The notes beneath the pieces were generated by a model. The model searched no databases and had not been told where the DNA came from. It saw nothing but the letters and a program-made list of their open reading frames with translations. From Acinetobacter phage nACB1, in the sequence record OQ032511.1: a stretch of 64,000 bases of DNA. One strand, 5' to 3'. The position numbers were made by a program, and so were the translations under genes. Of this stretch, positions 42,004 through 50,199 are shown piece by piece; the stretch's first letter is position 1, and the number at the start of each line of letters is the position of its first letter.

Positions 42004-42521
42004 ATAGTTGCTCCTAAAAGTACTCGCATATCAAATTTAGTAAAGTACTGTTCGTACTCATCTTTGAATGCTTTAACATCATCAAGTGACATTAGTGGTT
42101 TAGATTCCATCTGGAAGAAGCCTGCTTCATTGATTGCTGCATGCATACACTCTGGAAGTAACTCCAATAAGTCTTCTGCATACTTTGCAATACGTATGGC
42201 GTGTGAAACCATGTTCTGACAGATACGCGCTTCTTCTGATAACTCTACTACAAACATTTGGTATGCATCATTAAACTCTTGTTTCAATGACTCATGTAGC
42301 TGCTGTACACCACTACGCAATACTGTGTCACCCTCTATAAAGTAGGTAACACCTTTGTACTTAAATTGCATCACACGGTTAGGCATTAGCTCACCATGTC
42401 GCTTACAGAACTCTGTATAAACTCGTTCCCAAGCTTTGTTAGCCTGACCAAACAGATCACGATTGATCTGATTGATTAAGCGTTGGTTTGATGCCATTAC
42501 GTGTGAACGTGAGAATGACAT
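42000..42521 (-). CDS. hypothetical protein (173 aa)
   Basis: ORF, ATGA-coupled to neighbours. Confidence 0.45.
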   Translation of the reverse strand: MSFSRSHVMASNQRLINQINRDLFGQANKAWERVYTEFCKRHGELMPNRVMQFKYKGVTYFIEGDTVLRSGVQQLHESLKQEFNDAYQMFVVELSEEARICQNMVSHAIRIAKYAEDLLELLPECMHAAINEAGFFQMESKPLMSLDDVKAFKDEYEQYFTKFDMRVLLGATM

Positions 42522-43744
42522 TAGATGTCTCCTGTGAATACCACTTTATTACGTGCACGCGATACAGCTACGTACAGCATACGATTTACTTGATCTTTAT
42601 CACGGCATCCGCCTATGTCATTAAGATCAATATACACAGTGTCGTAAGTACTACCCTGTGCTTTGTTGACTGTTGAAGCATACATTAAACGTAGATCAGC
42701 ATAGTGTTCCATAATCCAATCACCTTTAGTATGTTGATCTGTGTCGTACATTCTTTTAGCTGCACCTAACACGTCAGTCATATTACGTGGTTGCCATACT
42801 GATACACCAAATGAAGTTTGCACTTCACGTGATTCAATACCACTTTGATCAACACGCCACTGACCTAAACCAATTACTTGGAATGTACTGTCAGTAGCAA
42901 AGCGGAAATTACGATTAATACGGTGCTGCTTATTAACATTCACAACATCACCAATTTGAATTTCTGGTGAACCATTACGAGCGAGAGATACTATCTCATT
43001 AAAGTAGATAGCTCGCTTATTAGTCCATGCTAGCGCACGTACGCTGTTTACAGGGTTGTTTAGGACATCCTGTACAAATGCTGCTTCAAAGTCTTTCTGT
43101 GGCATATGGATGATATTAACACCATCTACGCCTGCACTAGGCATAGGTGCACCTTCAACAAGTGAACGGAGTCCACGAGACAATGCTTGAATAGGACTAT
43201 CATCAGACTGACGAACAATCTGATTTAAAGTTACTGTCGGATACCCTGCATTGAATACAGGAGTTACATCTGAACCTACTGGTTTAAGCTGATTAGGATC
43301 ACCTAAAAAGATAACCTTACAGTTACGTAGTTTGTTCTGGATGTAAGCTAATAGTTCTTTATCAATGAAAGATGCTTCATCAATAACAACTACTTGATCT
43401 GCTAGACCAGACTTACCAGTATCCATAATCTTAGTACGTCCATAACCAATGTTCTGAACGCGTAAACCAAGTAATGAATGAATGGTTACACACTCACGTT
43501 TAGTGGCATTAGCTAAAGCATCTGCAGCTTTGTTTGTAGTAGCAGTTAATACTACTTCTATATCTTTAAAGGCTCCACCTGATAAAGATACGAATTGAGG
43601 CCACTCATCCATGAACGTATTCATTAGAGTGGTTTTGCCTACGCCTGCCCCACCTTCGATAACAAGAGTCTGTTGGTTAGTGGTTACAAGCGTAATGATT
43701 GCAGCATAGGCATCTTGCTGATCTTGGGTAAGCTGAATAGACAT
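42521..43744 (-). CDS. Dda/RecD-like SF1 DNA helicase
   Basis: Walker A GGAGVGKTT; VVIDEASF; QIVRQ and VSRA motifs. Confidence 0.6.
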   Translation of the reverse strand: MSIQLTQDQQDAYAAIITLVTTNQQTLVIEGGAGVGKTTLMNTFMDEWPQFVSLSGGAFKDIEVVLTATTNKAADALANATKRECVTIHSLLGLRVQNIGYGRTKIMDTGKSGLADQVVVIDEASFIDKELLAYIQNKLRNCKVIFLGDPNQLKPVGSDVTPVFNAGYPTVTLNQIVRQSDDSPIQALSRGLRSLVEGAPMPSAGVDGVNIIHMPQKDFEAAFVQDVLNNPVNSVRALAWTNKRAIYFNEIVSLARNGSPEIQIGDVVNVNKQHRINRNFRFATDSTFQVIGLGQWRVDQSGIESREVQTSFGVSVWQPRNMTDVLGAAKRMYDTDQHTKGDWIMEHYADLRLMYASTVNKAQGSTYDTVYIDLNDIGGCRDKDQVNRMLYVAVSRARNKVVFTGDI

Positions 43745-43756
43745 ATAAAAATCTCA

Positions 43757-43787
43757 ATAAAAAATAGCTACCTGATTAGGTAGCTAT
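43757..43787 (-). terminator. intrinsic terminator
   Basis: tagctacc-tgatta-ggtagcta, minus-strand T-run attttttat. Confidence 0.6.
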
Positions 43788-43797
43788 TGGGGGTTAA

Positions 43798-45033
43798 TTA
43801 GAATGCCATTGAATACTTAGGATACATTACAGGCGTAAGAATGAATACATAGCTAACGCTGTTTTCATCACGCTCATCTGCGTCATCTTCATAACCAGTA
43901 ATGGTTAATACACCTGTTGCAGGGTCTTGTACCATAGTACAGTTACGACTATAAATATAGTCATCCCAATAAGGCATGAAGGTTAGTGTCTTCTTGTCTT
44001 TCAACATTGCACCGTGTTTTAAATCGTGACCTTTGTCTTTGTCAGTTACAGGATTGTATTCACGGTTTTCTGTTTCATTCCACACAATGCTGCGAGTACC
44101 CATAGGGTTAATGCATTCTTCACGGCTAGGGTCTTGTAGACCTTTAAGCAATACTTTGAATGCTGCACTGCTGAGACCAGTTGTGATCTTAGAAACATCA
44201 ACACCATTACGGAGTACTTTGTAATCAAAGAAGATGTCATCAAGAGTGATGTCTGGTTTAGTGTTTAAGTACACTGCAATGTCTTCTAACGCTACGTCAG
44301 GACATGCATTTACTTCACGTACTAATGTACCAAGCATATCCATGTTGAATTGAGTGAAGCGTTTAACGAAAGTCATTAACTCACCTAACTTAGATTTATC
44401 AGCTAACTGATCTTCTAAGTAAGCTTGAATAGCTTCGTAATCAACACCTTTGAATGAGATGTTGAAGAATACACGACCTGGGCGGTTATGGAAGAACTCA
44501 AAGCCTTTTGAACCTGATGATGCATTCATTGTTAATACAAACAATGTATGCGAAGCCATAGTACCATCTAACAAAGTTAAGATGTTATTACGCGCATCAG
44601 TGTCTTTATAGACTTTATCGAACTCGTCCATAAGGACAATTTTCTTTTGAGTAATCTGTTGAAGGAACTCAAAGAAGTCATCACCTGTGTACGGCACATT
44701 ACAAAGTAATACGATACCGTCATGCTGTTCAACAAAACGCTTGGCAAGCGTCTTCATCAATAATGATTTACCTGAGCCTTTTAAGCCTTCAAGTAATACT
44801 GTTGTTGGTACACCTTTACGCTCTTCCCATACTTCCTCAATACGAGGAATATGTTTAAGCAAGCTGCCATAGATTTTGTCAGCTACTTGTAAAGGTTCAA
44901 TAGGTACTAAGTGAAAGCCTATACCTGGAGCACATGCAATACGGTAATAACCTGCAGGCACTTTATCAATTGTGATACCAGAGAAATCAGGAGCAATAGT
45001 TACCATGCCAGGCTGTTTAATAAATTGAGTCAT
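43798..45033 (-). CDS. AAA+ family ATPase (411 aa)
   Basis: Walker A GLKGSGKS, Walker B IVLMDEFD. Confidence 0.5.
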   Translation of the reverse strand: MTQFIKQPGMVTIAPDFSGITIDKVPAGYYRIACAPGIGFHLVPIEPLQVADKIYGSLLKHIPRIEEVWEERKGVPTTVLLEGLKGSGKSLLMKTLAKRFVEQHDGIVLLCNVPYTGDDFFEFLQQITQKKIVLMDEFDKVYKDTDARNNILTLLDGTMASHTLFVLTMNASSGSKGFEFFHNRPGRVFFNISFKGVDYEAIQAYLEDQLADKSKLGELMTFVKRFTQFNMDMLGTLVREVNACPDVALEDIAVYLNTKPDITLDDIFFDYKVLRNGVDVSKITTGLSSAAFKVLLKGLQDPSREECINPMGTRSIVWNETENREYNPVTDKDKGHDLKHGAMLKDKKTLTFMPYWDDYIYSRNCTMVQDPATGVLTITGYEDDADERDENSVSYVFILTPVMYPKYSMAF

Positions 45034-45041
45034 TGTCTATT

Positions 45042-45079
45042 CCAAAATTAAAGATGACAACTAGAATTAACTAGTTGTC
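45042..45079 (-). terminator. hairpin terminator overlapping stop of vWA gene
   Basis: gacaactag-aattaa-ctagttgtc (9-bp stem); T-rich on minus strand downstream. Confidence 0.45.
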
Positions 45080-46285
45080 GAAATGAATTGCTGTACCAAA
45101 TGTAGGTACAAATCGTGGGTTGTTGTAGATACACCAGACCACAGGTTTCTTAGGGTCTAGCTCTGCACTGTGATGTAAATAACCATCTGTTAAGATGATT
45201 AAAGCTTTACCTTCACTTTCCTTGAATGCTTCAAGTACTGGTTCAATTTGAGTACCTCCTCCGCCTTTAAACTCTAACTTCATGAAGTCCTGAGCATTAA
45301 CGACTTTATCGTTAGATTGGAGAATACTGTCAAATTGCATGATGCCAATCTCTTTAGGGTTAAAGCGTTTAAACACATAACCTATTTCAGAGATAAAGCG
45401 GTTGAAGTCATCCTTAGAGACTGAGCCTGATGTATCAATAGCAAAGTCAATTTTACCAATACCTTCACTGTGAAGTGATGGCATGATGATGCCCTGACTG
45501 ATAAAGCGTCTATTAGGCTTACGCCAAGAATAGTCATCTTTACTTAGCGTAAATAAGAATTTAGCTAAAATTTTATCCCAAGGTAACTTAGGATATAGGA
45601 GGTCATCTAACTCACGTTGTAATGAGCCTGGAACTGTACCTGCTTTATCACCTGCCATTTGACTGGCTTGTGTTGCTTGCGTAAGTAAGTTCTTATTATG
45701 TTCTTCAATTTCTTCAGCTGTAGGCTGTCCCATTGAAGGAGTTTGGTTTCCTGCACCTCCATTTTGAGGTGATTGATTTCCTGCACCTGATGCTTGAGGT
45801 TCTTTCAAATCAGGCCACGGAGATGGTGCATTGGAGCCGCCTTTGTTCTTACGTTCCATAAGAAGATCATAAACATCATCTGCTGACATATTACGATAGG
45901 TCGAATCATGTAGACCATCTTTAGGCATCTTGAAATTACGTTGAATCAATTCATCATTGATAACGTAGTCACAAGCTTCATTCCATGTAGTTGCATCACG
46001 GAAACCACGACGAGTACAGTGGTTGTATACGTTGTGCATGATCTCATGCAAGATGAGGAACAGACGCTCTTCTGGGTCTAATGACAAGAAGAAGTCTGGG
46101 TTCATGTACAAGTTAATACCATTGGTTGCAGCAGTTGGTATCTCATCTGCTGATACCCAAAAGACAGGTGTTTGCAAGATCAACGTAGCGAAGAAAGCTA
46201 CATCCTTTTTAAGCATGAGTTTGATCTTCGCACGTGACAATGCTTCTGGAGCAGGGTCTAATGGGCCTAGTTTAAGTAGTGCCAT
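45071..46285 (-). CDS. vWA-domain protein with N-terminal HExxH metallopeptidase-like motif
   Basis: HEIMHNVYNH; MIDAS-like DTSGSVS. Confidence 0.5.
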   Translation of the reverse strand: MALLKLGPLDPAPEALSRAKIKLMLKKDVAFFATLILQTPVFWVSADEIPTAATNGINLYMNPDFFLSLDPEERLFLILHEIMHNVYNHCTRRGFRDATTWNEACDYVINDELIQRNFKMPKDGLHDSTYRNMSADDVYDLLMERKNKGGSNAPSPWPDLKEPQASGAGNQSPQNGGAGNQTPSMGQPTAEEIEEHNKNLLTQATQASQMAGDKAGTVPGSLQRELDDLLYPKLPWDKILAKFLFTLSKDDYSWRKPNRRFISQGIIMPSLHSEGIGKIDFAIDTSGSVSKDDFNRFISEIGYVFKRFNPKEIGIMQFDSILQSNDKVVNAQDFMKLEFKGGGGTQIEPVLEAFKESEGKALIILTDGYLHHSAELDPKKPVVWCIYNNPRFVPTFGTAIHFDN

Positions 46286-46685
46286 CGGGTTTAATTCCTA
46301 TTGTAAATAGTAGTTCATTGATTGAAGATTCTGTCTCAAGCTCAAGACGTAACTTCTTAGTCATTCGTGGTAGTGACTTTCTCCGTCCTGTTGAGTTAAA
46401 CCAAACAAGATTGTTTTTACTCTCTTTAGTGGGAAAATTGTAGGCAAAGTATGATATATCCTCTGTTACTGCAAATTCCCAACCAAATGCTATACCTTTG
46501 TTTGCGAGATCACTCAAAAAGTCTGGATAGACATCTGAATCCCATAGAGCATATTCAGGCCATCCCCATGAATGATCAGGAAGTGTATCGTCAAATAAAG
46601 TAAATGGTTTTACACGATTAGCATTCATAGGAGTGACTAAGTAACCTGAATTAACCAATTGAACATGCGGTAGAATATCTTTCAT
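46272..46685 (-). CDS. hypothetical protein (137 aa) between vWA and MoxR genes
   Basis: ORF. Confidence 0.45.
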   Translation of the reverse strand: MKDILPHVQLVNSGYLVTPMNANRVKPFTLFDDTLPDHSWGWPEYALWDSDVYPDFLSDLANKGIAFGWEFAVTEDISYFAYNFPTKESKNNLVWFNSTGRRKSLPRMTKKLRLELETESSINELLFTIGIKPDGTT

Positions 46686-46694
46686 AACATTCCT

Positions 46695-46723
46695 ACAATA
46701 AATAGGGACTCATCTGAGTCCCT
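46695..46723 (-). terminator. intrinsic terminator
   Basis: agggactc-atct-gagtccct with flanking A/T runs. Confidence 0.5.
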
Positions 46724-46729
46724 TATTGT

Positions 46730-47854
46730 TTATGCCTTAGTCATCTCAGGTGCATTGCTTTGCAACCATTGACGCAATGATGGATGTACTACTAACGTTG
46801 GTTTACGTTTAGTGAAATCCGTAAAGGTACGTAGTTGGTACTCTTTAGACATACGCTCCATGAATGGAACTACTTTGTCTAACGTGCTTGCATCTACTTG
46901 AGCTGCAATAGAACCTGATAATGCAAACATAGCTGAGATGTTCTCAGATGGAATCTTCGCATTAAGAGGGTCTGCACATACTTCTGCAAATGTGGTTAAA
47001 CCAACGAAGTGCTTAGTAAAGTTCATGTACTCTACTGCAGCTCCTTCACCGATAACACCTGACAGTAATGACTGAAGTGATGGATCATTCATACCAACCT
47101 GTTCTACAACACGGTTAGCCATTTCCCAAGTACGAGGGCATGGGAATGTTTCTGTCTCAACTTTTGGATTGAATTGATACAATAAGTTTGGACGAAACTT
47201 AATGAATGAAGTGATTGAGTGATGAATGCCTGCGCCTAAAGCCCAGTTCATCCAATCTTCAATATTCAATTCAAGATTCATATGAGCTAAACGAGATTTC
47301 AATGCTGTAGACATTTCACCTGTTACTGCTGCACCATCATCAATTTTGTTACCTGCAGATACGATACGTACTGCTTTATGTAGCGGGTGCATACCCACTT
47401 CACGATCAAGAATGATCTTATATGCTGCTGCTTGAACAGACATAGGAGCATTTGTGATTTCATCAAGGAATAGTAACCAACCATCATAATGAGGAGTTAC
47501 ATATAACAGATTTCCATTAGTATCTGTTTCTTGATTACCTAATGCATCCAACTTAGGTAACTTGATTGGTTTACCTTCAGCATCTAAATGTGGAGGTAAT
47601 GCATCACCTTGAATTGGAAATGCAATGTTAGGTAAGAAGTCACTACGACCATTCTCAATAAATGGCATTCCAGATAAATCTGTTGGGTCTGCAGTAGATA
47701 GGCGAAAGTCGATAACCTTAAGGTTAAGCTCTTTAGCTACCTGTTTAATTACATCAGACTTACCTAGACCTGGAGAACCAATAAGGTTACAAGGTACATT
47801 GGCTGCAATAAAAGTCTTGATGAATGTTGCTGCTTTGCTGATTGAAATATTCAT
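46730..47854 (-). CDS. MoxR-like AAA+ ATPase
   Basis: Walker A NLIGSPGLGKSDV, Walker B LLFLDEITNAP. Confidence 0.55.
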   Translation of the reverse strand: MNISISKAATFIKTFIAANVPCNLIGSPGLGKSDVIKQVAKELNLKVIDFRLSTADPTDLSGMPFIENGRSDFLPNIAFPIQGDALPPHLDAEGKPIKLPKLDALGNQETDTNGNLLYVTPHYDGWLLFLDEITNAPMSVQAAAYKIILDREVGMHPLHKAVRIVSAGNKIDDGAAVTGEMSTALKSRLAHMNLELNIEDWMNWALGAGIHHSITSFIKFRPNLLYQFNPKVETETFPCPRTWEMANRVVEQVGMNDPSLQSLLSGVIGEGAAVEYMNFTKHFVGLTTFAEVCADPLNAKIPSENISAMFALSGSIAAQVDASTLDKVVPFMERMSKEYQLRTFTDFTKRKPTLVVHPSLRQWLQSNAPEMTKA

Positions 47855-48054
47855 TTCTGTTCTTCCTGAAGCTCACGAATTAGTGTGTTGTGATAACTCA
47901 TGATTAAGCTTTTTAAGTCATTGGTTTCAGTGATTGGGAGTTGGGAATTAATAAATTCCCATGCGTCATCTAAACTGTCATGTGCAGGGTAGATGTGAAC
48001 ATATTCAGGTTTAATTTTATTTGACACTTTTCGCCTGTCTTGCCTTAACAACAA
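47851..48054 (-). CDS. hypothetical protein (67 aa)
   Basis: ORF ATGA-coupled. Confidence 0.4.
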   Translation of the reverse strand: MLLRQDRRKVSNKIKPEYVHIYPAHDSLDDAWEFINSQLPITETNDLKSLIMSYHNTLIRELQEEQK

Positions 48055-48304
48055 ATGCTGAAAGTTTCTTAATGTCGTTAAGACCTTGTGACTTCAAGAA
48101 ATCAAGGATTGCTGTATCAGCTTGGGTTTTATAACCTGCTAGTTCAACAAGACCGTGTTCTGCTAATGCACGACGTACAGTAACAGGAGCGACATTAAAG
48201 CGATAAGCTAATTCTGTCTGTGTTGCGCGTTCACCCTTAGGACGCTGCCATTCAGCAACAACAACGTTAGTTTCTGCAGGTGATAATGTGTTCTTGGTTT
48301 TCAT
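48017..48304 (-). CDS. small putative HTH DNA-binding protein (95 aa)
   Basis: TQTELAYRFNVAPVTVRRALAEHG helix-turn-helix-like segment. Confidence 0.4.
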   Translation of the reverse strand: MKTKNTLSPAETNVVVAEWQRPKGERATQTELAYRFNVAPVTVRRALAEHGLVELAGYKTQADTAILDFLKSQGLNDIKKLSAFVVKARQAKSVK

Positions 48305-48418
48305 GGTTTAATCCTATGAATGTAAATGAGAGTTAAAGCAACTTGAGTTGAACTACCTTGAAGACTGAGCAGCTCACTCAAGTTGCCTTGATTAGTAGTC
48401 AGGTACAGAACCCAACCA

Positions 48419-48751
48419 CTAAGCCGTACGAAGTACGGGGAACTCATTAATACGAAAGCTTAAGTTACGCCATTCTTTTTCATACCAAGCTTCTACTCCG
48501 TCAACACTAGCGTGATTTCTTAGAGCGTAGATTTGTTGTATGTACTCTGAAGCTGTAGTGTCTGTATAAGGTGTTGTCCAAAAGTTACCGTCAGATTTAA
48601 CAAAAGGTTTTTCTTCATACACATAAACATCCCCTGTCTCATCTACTGCTATATAACCAGACTCATATAAATCTGTCGGAACAGTTATACCGAAACCAAA
48701 GAAATCTATGATTGTTGTCTGAGCTATGATATTTAAAAATACTGTACTCAC
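48419..48751 (-). CDS. hypothetical protein, paralog A (110 aa)
   Basis: MSTVFLNIIAQTTIIDFFGF... paralogous to next gene; ATGA overlap. Confidence 0.5.
   Translation of the reverse strand: MSTVFLNIIAQTTIIDFFGFGITVPTDLYESGYIAVDETGDVYVYEEKPFVKSDGNFWTTPYTDTTASEYIQQIYALRNHASVDGVEAWYEKEWRNLSFRINEFPVLRTA
48424..48438 (-). promoter_or_regulatory. 6-bp stem / GAA-loop hairpin (vRNAP-type promoter candidate) inside 3' end of paralog A gene
   Basis: ccgtac-GAA-gtacgg on plus (template) strand, ~120 nt upstream of next minus-strand gene. Confidence 0.3.
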
Positions 48752-49068
48752 GGTCTACTCCATATAGGAAATTCTTGTACACGCCAATATTGTTTATTCC
48801 AGATTTCACTATACCATTCCACCAAACCATCAATCTCATAACTAGTAAGATTTAATAGCGTGTTTGAAAAGGAATTCCATTCAAATGATGCAGTCCATAC
48901 AGAGCTATTAAGTACTTTAGGGCGATAGTTAAAAACATTAATATCACCATCATGATCAATAGCTAGATATAGATTGTCATACCACCATTCTTTTTGAATA
49001 GCTACTGGAAAGCCAAAGAAATCAATACAGATAATCTCTACCTGTATGTTTAAAAATACCGCACTCAT
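48748..49068 (-). CDS. hypothetical protein, paralog B (106 aa)
   Basis: MSAVFLNIQVEIICIDFFGF...; RBS caggag. Confidence 0.5.
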   Translation of the reverse strand: MSAVFLNIQVEIICIDFFGFPVAIQKEWWYDNLYLAIDHDGDINVFNYRPKVLNSSVWTASFEWNSFSNTLLNLTSYEIDGLVEWYSEIWNKQYWRVQEFPIWSRP

Positions 49069-49083
49069 AGAGTACTCCTGACA

Positions 49084-49118
49084 TAAAAAAAGCCCTACAT
49101 CTTGAGGAATGTAGGGCT
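49084..49118 (-). terminator. strong intrinsic terminator (10-bp stem + T7) 13 nt upstream of the RBS of gene 49068
   Basis: Minus strand: agccctacat-tcctcaag-atgtagggct-ttttttt. Confidence 0.7.
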
Positions 49119-49748
49119 ATAAATAGAACAGTACATGGAGAGATACTGTTCTGAGGTTGAAAGATAAATTCGAGAGTCCTGACCGACACAGTGGACTATT
49201 CTGTTGCTAAGGTAAACGCACCTTGTCTTCACGTTACACGCTCTATTACAGGGTCTATGAATAAAAACCAGTAAGGAAGATCGTCACCGAGGTAATACCT
49301 TAAGGAGCAAGGCAAGTGATAAGCCACGTGATAGGGCTATGGGGTAGTTCACATTGGTGGAGGATAAGCCATAAGATGACTAATCTCATGTGGGTTTCAG
49401 GCCGAAGTCTATAACACTCGTACCTTACAGGATTAACCGTAATAAAGCCTCACTTCAGTAATGCACATCTTCAGAGTCCTCGCCGAAGCTCGTCTTATCA
49501 TTTACATATTCTGGTTCGTCTCTTACCCTCCCCAATGAAAACTATCCCGATATGTTATGCACAGTGATCGGGAAGTTTCATCAGCCTATTCATGTCATAG
49601 GTGACTAGAAAAGACAGTAGAGCGAATCGTACTGTCTTAGTTGGTTGTGATGGGAAGTTACCGCGAATCACTTACCATACCTCACCTCGGTGCTAGATAT
49701 TCCTGCAGAGAACATCACGTAGGTCTATTGGCATCAACAACCACATCA
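49119..49748 (-). ncRNA. ORF-free, highly structured ~630-nt region (candidate non-coding RNA or regulatory leader)
   Basis: No ORF >50 codons in any minus frame and none >=60 aa in six-frame track; many hairpins (49127..49150, 49611..49638), long-range complement caccgaggt (49285)/acctcggtg (49684), repeated gagagtcct 300 nt apart; bounded by GAA hairpin and terminator. Confidence 0.4.
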
Positions 49749-49763
49749 GCATCCGAAGGATGC
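49749..49763 (-). promoter_or_regulatory. 6-bp stem / GAA-loop hairpin (vRNAP-type promoter candidate)
   Basis: gcatcc-GAA-ggatgc on plus strand, just downstream of the tRNA-cluster terminator. Confidence 0.35.
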
Positions 49764-49771
49764 CAATACTT

Positions 49772-49803
49772 ACAACAAAAAGCCTATCACGATGGATAGG
49801 CTT
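49772..49803 (-). terminator. intrinsic terminator ending the tRNA cluster transcript
   Basis: Minus strand: aagcctatc-catcgt-gataggctt-tttgttgt. Confidence 0.6.
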
Positions 49804-49815
49804 ATGTATTAAATC

Positions 49816-49892
49816 TGGTCAGTACGGTAGGACTCGAACCTACATATTCCAGCATCCAAGGCTGGGCGATTACCCTTTCTCGCAACGCACTG
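49816..49892 (-). tRNA. tRNA-Pro (anticodon UGG), CCA encoded
   Basis: Manual cloverleaf: acceptor cagtgcg/cgtactg, D-stem gcga/tcgc, anticodon stem ccagc/gctgg, loop cuUGGau, T-arm gtagg-ttcgagt-cctac. Confidence 0.65.
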
Positions 49893-49894
49893 AT

Positions 49895-49976
49895 TGGTGT
49901 AGCCACTTGGATTCGAACCAAGGTGTGATATAGCGGAGTTACAGTCCGCCCCCTTCGACCACTCGGGCATAACTAC
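49895..49976 (-). tRNA. tRNA-Tyr (anticodon GUA), 82 nt, CCA encoded
   Basis: Acceptor gtagtta/tggctac (two G-U), D-arm ccc-gagtggtcgaa-ggg as in bacterial tRNA-Tyr, anticodon stem gcgga/tccgc, loop cuGUAac, T-arm cttgg-ttcgaat-ccaag. Confidence 0.6.
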
Positions 49977-49980
49977 AATT

Positions 49981-50058
49981 TGGTTCCCAATCTCAGAATC
50001 GAACTGAGAGTCTCTTACTTACAAGGCAAGTGCTATAACCAACAACAGCTTCTTGGGA
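49981..50058 (-). tRNA. tRNA-Thr (anticodon UGU), CCA encoded
   Basis: Acceptor tcccaag/attggga (one mismatch), D-stem gctg/tagc, anticodon stem cttgc/gtaag, loop cuUGUaa, T-arm ctcag-ttcgatt-ctgag; position 8 is A. Confidence 0.5.
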
Positions 50059-50059
50059 A

Positions 50060-50143
50060 TGGCGGAAGGTAATAGAATCGAACTATTCCCAGTTAAGAGA
50101 GCACGGCGTTCAAAACCGCTTTGTACCCAGTACGCTACCTTCC
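50060..50143 (-). tRNA. class II tRNA, probably tRNA-Ser (anticodon UGA), 84 nt, CCA encoded
   Basis: Acceptor ggaaggt/accttcc and ...cttccgcca 3' end like bacterial tRNA-Ser; anticodon stem gcggt/gccgt, loop uuUGAac; T-arm aatag-ttcgatt-ctatt; D-arm and variable arm not cleanly resolved by hand. Confidence 0.5.
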
Positions 50144-50180
50144 AAGGTTGGCAATACTACAAGAGTAAAACCAACCAGTC

Positions 50181-50199
50181 AAGGGTACGTAGTACCCTT
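50181..50199 (-). promoter_or_regulatory. 8-bp stem / 3-nt loop hairpin between SPFH gene stop and tRNA cluster (processing site or weak terminator)
   Basis: aagggtac-gta-gtaccctt overlapping stop codon 50198..50200; no U-run follows on minus strand. Confidence 0.3.

Noticed and set aside
45071-47854. MoxR-vWA pair as an anti-phage defence cassette carried by the phage
   Set aside because: Embedded co-directionally among replication genes with translational coupling; I recall an AAA/vWA pair being conserved in N4-like genomes, so probably core machinery
49119-49748. Protein-coding interpretation of the 630-nt tRNA-adjacent region
   Set aside because: Stops in all three minus-strand frames every <=150 nt and no ORF >=60 aa on either strand; only 7-29 codon ATG ORFs
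50181-50199. 8-bp / GTA-loop hairpin as a vRNAP promoter for the tRNA cluster
   Set aside because: Loop centre on the template strand for minus-sense transcription is a pyrimidine (T), unlike the G(G/A)A hairpins; overlaps a stop codon, so more likely a processing site or weak terminator
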